From Longivirga aurantiaca (GTDB lineage: Bacteria; Actinomycetota; Actinomycetes; S36-B12; CAIYMF01), in assembly GCF_042660085.1 (NCBI RefSeq), contig NZ_JBHSTI010000008.1, positions 1,110,001 through 1,142,000 on the forward strand: a stretch of 32,000 bases of DNA, read 5' to 3'. The position numbers and the translations under genes were made by a program. This document shows positions 27,379 through 32,000 of the stretch, piece by piece (within the stretch, counting starts at the first letter, position 1; the number at the start of each line of letters is the position of its first letter). Under the pieces are notes generated by a model. That model made no database searches, had not been told where the DNA came from, and saw nothing but the letters and a program-made list of their open reading frames with translations.

Positions 27379-28404
27379 ATGCGCCGGACGACGCTCATCC
27401 TGGTTCCGCTGGTTCTCATCCTGGCTGGCTGCGGCAGCACGGCCTCGCCCGGAGGGACGACGTCGCCAGCCGCGACGACGTCACCGTCGGTCTCCGGCTC
27501 CATGACGGCAGGATCGCTCGTGGACGTGCCCGGCTACTCGTACGCCGAGCCCAGCGCGGCCGACCTCGCGACGCTCGAGCCGCTGACCTCGCGCTTCGGC
27601 TTCGCGCAGGTGACGACCCGCCTCGTCACCACCCCCGGGGCCGACCGCGTCCTGCTGGTCGTCTTCTCGGGCGGCACGCCGAAAGCCGACGCGACCGCGG
27701 CCGCGGCAGCCATGGCCGGCGAACTGGGCGCGAGGGCCGGCAACGAGGTCTTCACCGAGCTGATCGAGGCGCGAGCGCGCGTGGCCCACTCGGCCGCCGT
27801 CGTCGCTGATCTCGGGCCGGTGTACGTCTACTCCTTCGAGCAGGACGGGAAGGTCTACTGGGTCCTGAGCGACGGCGATGTCGACGGCGGCAGGTTCGTC
27901 GAGGCGCTGGTGCGCGAGGTGGTCCCTGAAGGCGCACTCGGCACGTCACCCGCAGCGACGCCCGGCGCGGGGGAGCCGAGCCTCGTCCCCGTACCCGGCT
28001 ACGGCTACGCCGAGCTGGAGGGCGAGGCCGCCTCGATGTTCGGCATCAGCGGGCCGAAGGAGGGGTGGTCGCAGGCCTCGACGCATCGGGTGACCGGTGT
28101 CCCGACCCTGGTGGTGCTGGGCGTGCTCGTGCCCGACGCATCGCTGGCCGCCGACAAGGACGCCATGGCTACGGCCGCGGACCTCGCTGGCGTGCTGCTC
28201 ACGCAGCCGGACGACACGGTGAAGTCGGAGACCATCGGCGGGCAGGACCTGCGGCACTCCCGCTTCACCGCCACGAACAGCGAGCGCATGTCCTCCATCT
28301 CGTTCGTGCACGACGGCACCGTCTACTGGCTGATCTGCGAGGACGACGTCGACTGCACAGGCTTCGCAACGGCGCTGATCCGCCAGCTCGGAACCGATTC
28401 CTGA
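27379..28404 (+). CDS. Putative lipoprotein with two tandem homologous domains
   Basis: Internal ATG: MRRTTLILVPLVLILAGCGSTASPGG; lipobox LILAGC. Domain 1 starts VPGYSYAEPS, domain 2 starts VPVPGYGYAELE. Confidence 0.85.
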   Translation: MRRTTLILVPLVLILAGCGSTASPGGTTSPAATTSPSVSGSMTAGSLVDVPGYSYAEPSAADLATLEPLTSRFGFAQVTTRLVTTPGADRVLLVVFSGGTPKADATAAAAAMAGELGARAGNEVFTELIEARARVAHSAAVVADLGPVYVYSFEQDGKVYWVLSDGDVDGGRFVEALVREVVPEGALGTSPAATPGAGEPSLVPVPGYGYAELEGEAASMFGISGPKEGWSQASTHRVTGVPTLVVLGVLVPDASLAADKDAMATAADLAGVLLTQPDDTVKSETIGGQDLRHSRFTATNSERMSSISFVHDGTVYWLICEDDVDCTGFATALIRQLGTDS

Positions 28405-28552
28405 CGCCGGGGGCGACGGACGGCCCAGGGGGCTGGCCCCGTCGAACGGCCGGGCGCCGGGGGGAAGTCGACAGGACTCCGCGAAGGCCCCAGCCCTACT
28501 CTGACGCTGACGGGCGCTGGGGCGCCCGGCCTCCGCGGCCGCTCGCCAAGGG

Positions 28553-29359
28553 GTGATCCCCGTGCTGAGCACATCTCGCACCCGTTCGCTCGTCCTCGTC
28601 GTCGCCTGCCTGGCGGTTGCCGCGTGCGGGCCGACCCCGGCTCCCGGGTTGAGCGCCAGCAGCTCGACGCCCTCGACCGGAGCCTCTGCCACCTCCCCGA
28701 CCGCCACCACCACGACCTCTGCCACGCCGTCGACGCAATCGGCCACGCCGGTCGACCGCGACCCGCTCACGCACAAGCTGCTGGCCGAGGACTTCTCCCA
28801 GGGCCCCGGCGTCTTCCACGTCGGCGACCTGAACGGCTACACGTACGCGGTCAAGGACGGCGCGTACGTCATCACCGCGACGTCCAAGCCGTCCGGCCCG
28901 GCCGAGACGTACGGCGAGTACGCACGAGTCGCGTACGCCATCGACTCGAGCGTCGACGTGGTCGGCGCGGCGTCGGCCGGCACGAAGACCGCCGTCGGCA
29001 TCGCCTGCTTCGACGCCGCGGGCGAGAACGGCCTCATGATGCTCGCGGCGGCGGACGGCTCGGGCGGTGCCTATCTCAGGTTCGTGAACGGCGTGCCGGA
29101 CGCCGAGCCGCTCGCCGAGTGGGGCGCCTCGCTGACATCCGGAGCAGCGGTGACGTCCCTGCGGTTCCTGGCTGCCATCAGCAACCCTCTGAACGACGAC
29201 GTACGCCTCTCGGGCTGGGTGAACGGGGTGGCCGTGCCCGCGAGTCCCGAGACGGACAAGTTCGAGGGCTGCGCCGGCATGGTCCTGTTGCTGATGGCAC
29301 CCACCAAGGGCGTCAGCGTGAGCTTCGACAACGCACGCGCGATCGTGCCCGGGGAGTAG
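28553..29359 (+). CDS. Putative lipoprotein with Thr/Ser-rich linker and concanavalin-like domain
   Basis: GTG start; VLSTSRTRSLVLVVACLAVAACGPTPAPG lipobox, TS-rich spacer, then LLAEDFSQGPGVFHVGDLNGYTYAVKDGAYVITATS... typical of laminin-G/glucanase-like sandwich domains. Confidence 0.82.
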   Translation: MIPVLSTSRTRSLVLVVACLAVAACGPTPAPGLSASSSTPSTGASATSPTATTTTSATPSTQSATPVDRDPLTHKLLAEDFSQGPGVFHVGDLNGYTYAVKDGAYVITATSKPSGPAETYGEYARVAYAIDSSVDVVGAASAGTKTAVGIACFDAAGENGLMMLAAADGSGGAYLRFVNGVPDAEPLAEWGASLTSGAAVTSLRFLAAISNPLNDDVRLSGWVNGVAVPASPETDKFEGCAGMVLLLMAPTKGVSVSFDNARAIVPGE

Positions 29360-29370
29360 TCGCCGGGCCC

Positions 29371-29432
29371 GACGTCGTACCTGAGCGGGGATCCCGTCGT
29401 GGAGCGAACGCTGGGTACCCAGGTAGCGGGGG
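29371..29432. repeat. Divergent member of the CCCGGG intergenic repeat family
   Basis: gacgtcgtacctgagcggggatcccgtcgtggagcgaacgctgggtacccaggtagcggg between two genes. Confidence 0.7.
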
Positions 29433-29485
29433 TGCGAGCCCCTGCTCGGCAGGATTCCGCGCGCACGGAGGGGAAGGATGAGGAC

Positions 29486-32000
29486 ATGACCAGGTCGCCC
29501 TTTCAACCGTGATCCCGCCGGCTGGTACCTCGACCCGACGGGACGAGCACGACTGCGCTACTGGGATGGTCACCTGCTGACCGCCTGGGTGTCCGACGGC
29601 GAGACGACCCGGCTCGACCCCGAGCCCCTCGCCCCGCGCCAGATCCGCACCGACGACCACGAGCACATCGTGTTCGTGCGCGAGGTCTTCCTCCCGCTGG
29701 CGAGGGCGCGTGGACGTGTCGGACGCGAAGTCCTCGACGAGCTGGGCGAGTACGCCTGGTACCTCGAGAGCGCCGTCGGCCGTGCCGACGCCGTGAGCCC
29801 GGCGAGAGCGGCTGCCGCCCAGGTGCGGGTCGGAGCCACGACCGTGAGGAGCGGCACGTCGTACACCGTCGCTCCCGCCGTCGCGCCGCCCGGCACCATG
29901 CCCGCACCGCGCACCACCGCACCGCCGACACGCACCGCTGCCCCGGTGGCCCGTGAGGTGCCGGCCCCGGCACCTGCGCAGGAGGAGCGCGGCCCGAGCC
30001 GCAGCAGCCTCAGGTGGGCGCGCTTCACCGACTCGGTCGGCTCCGATCTCGCCACGCACGGCCTCGCCTACCTCGGCGTGCTGCTGCTGTTCATCGGCGT
30101 GTTCGGCCTCGTGGCGTTCGCGTTCGGCGACGTCGCGCCCACGATGCGACCGGTCGCCGAGATCGGCATCGCGCTGGCACCGTTCGTGGCCGCCTGGATG
30201 CTGCTGCGTCGCGGGGCCGACATCGCCGGCCGTGCTCTCGAGACCGCGGGCGGCCTGCTGCTGCCCGTCATGCTCGTGACGTCGTTCCTCGACGGCGTGC
30301 CCGTCCCTCCCGACCTGGTCGGAGTCCCGCTCGCCATCACGCTCACCCTGGTGACCGCAGCGGTCAGCGGCGCCTATGCGCTGTGGAGCCTGCGTCATCG
30401 CACCTCCGCGCTGCGCTACCTCGTCGCACCCGTCGCCTGGTTGTCGGTTGGCCTCGCCGTGATGGGCGTGGGGCGCGAGATCCCGAGCGGCAGCGGTGTC
30501 GCGGTCGTGACCGCGGCGCAGGTGGCGGCGATCTCGGTCGCCATGGCTGCCTCGCTGCTGTGGGCCCGGCTCGCACCCGCAGCGGTGCTGTCGGCGCCCA
30601 CGCTCACGAGCGGTGCCGTCGGCAGCTGCGTCGTGGCGCTGCTCGCGCTCATGACGTGGATCTCGGGCGGATGGCCGCCGGTCGCGATCGCCGTCACCGG
30701 TGTCGCCGGCCTCGCGGTGCTCGAGCTGCTCGACGGCCGGGTGCCGCACGCCGTCGTCCGCATCGCCCAGCCGCTCTGGTGGGCGCTCGCGGCGACCGCT
30801 CTGCTGCCCGCGCTCGGCCCGACCGCCACCGGTCTCGCGACCGCCGCGGCGCTCGGCTGCGCCGGGTTCCTCGTGCTCGTCGAGCTCTCCGGACGCGACC
30901 GCGCCAGCCTGCCGTTCCTGCTCGCCGGCCTCGGCCTGGGCGGCACGTTCCTCGTGACGCTCAACGAGCCGTGGTTCGCGTGCGCCGCTGCCGCGGTGCT
31001 GGCGGTGTGGTCCGGCGTACGGCGCCTGCACGGGTTCGCCGTGCCGTGGTCCCGCCCTGCCCTCGACGTGGTCGCCGGTCTCATGCCGGTCGTCGCGGTG
31101 ACGGCGCTGGGATTCGCGACGCGGCACGCGCCTCTCGCCCTGATGGTCGGCAGCGTGCTCGTGCTGCTCGCGGTCGTGCCGATCGACGTCACCGCCGTGC
31201 GCGTGCGGCTGCGCCGTGATCCGGCCGACCACTTCTGGATGCTGTGGTGGGACGCCGGCATGGTCGCTGCCGTCGTCGCGACGGTCGTGATGGTCACGGG
31301 CTTCTGGCCCGCCGACCCCTCGGCGCAGTGGATTCTTGGCGCCGTTCCCGCGGTGCTCGCGCTGTCGGCCGCGGTCGGTCCGCTGCGCGCCACCTGGCGC
31401 CCCTGGCCGACCCTCGCGCTGCTCACCTGGTCGTGGCTCATCACCGCGACGACCGCCGGCTGGCCGCTCGCCTGGACGCTGGGTGCTCCGGCCGTCGTCG
31501 CCCTCGTGATCGTCGCGCTCGTGCACGCGCTGCCGCGCGCGGTCGCGCACTGGTCGTCGCCAGGCCAGCTCGGCACCGCCGCGCTCGTGCTCCTGGTGGT
31601 GTGCATCGCGCTGGCCGGCACGCCCAACGGCTGGCTCCCGGCGCTGCTCGTGTCGGCGCTCGCCGCCGGTCTGGTGCTGGTGACGGCGTACGACGAGGTC
31701 GGGCGCTCGCCCGTGGCCGACGTGTTCGTCGACCTCATGGGCCCCGACGTCCGCTACGCCGGTGCCGCGTTCGCCGCGCTGTCCGTGCCGCTGTCGGCCA
31801 TGCTCCTGCTCGATGCGTCCGGCGCCCTGCCGTTCGAGTCGTGGTGGGCGGGCATCACGCTCAGCGTGACCGCGCTGGTGTACGCCGCGGCCACGCGCCT
31901 GCCGACGTCCGCGCATCTCGGCCGCGTGCTCACGTGGACCGCGATCGCGGGCTCCCTGGCCGGTGTCGCGGTGGCGTGGTCGACCACGTTCCTCGCCTCG
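29486..32000 (+). CDS. DUF2510-like N-terminus followed by large polytopic membrane protein; 3' end beyond window; 5' end requires a +1 frame change
   Basis: Frame open from 29490 to window end: RDPAGWYLDPTGRARLRYWDGHLLTAWVSDGE...RWARFTDSVGSDLATHGLAYLGVLLLFIGVFGLVAFAFG... with many TM helices. The only well-placed ATG with RBS (29486) is in a different frame. Confidence 0.82.

Noticed and set aside
29313-31916. 867-aa plus-strand ORF (MRGRRQARGRGVHQRGHAE…)
   Set aside because: Low-complexity Arg/His/Glu-rich composition; another frame of the same region encodes a clear polytopic membrane protein.

Overview
High-GC actinobacterial-type chromosomal window, named from motifs only with no database search. 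Left part (1-9.3 kb): a tightly overlapping minus-strand operon of acyl/acetyl-CoA synthetase, E1-alpha, E1-beta and E2 of a 2-oxo-acid/acetoin-type dehydrogenase. It is followed by a stress/dormancy-like set: two universal stress proteins, an erythromycin-esterase-family protein, a phosphoribosyltransferase-hydrolase fusion and a class I fructose-bisphosphate aldolase C-terminal relic. Centre (11.0-19.2 kb): two translationally coupled, very large secreted proteins. The first has seven RCC1-like repeats interrupted by a ~400-aa insertion. The second is an FG-GAP-like protein with a large region I cannot assign. A strong hairpin and a convergent LuxR-family ATPase regulator follow. Right part (22-32 kb): a pyridoxamine-phosphate-oxidase-like protein, an EamA transporter fused to a cyclic-nucleotide-binding domain, an aminotransferase, a decayed ATPase/cyclase gene, a class II glutamine amidotransferase, two lipoproteins and a DUF2510-like polytopic membrane protein whose start requires a frame change. 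A 62-bp-period GTTACCCGGGTAAC repeat family is scattered in intergenic DNA and is physically associated with one intact and two degenerate copies of the PPOX-like gene. The best candidates for something undescribed are the two-gene secreted propeller module and the repeat/PPOX cassette family.
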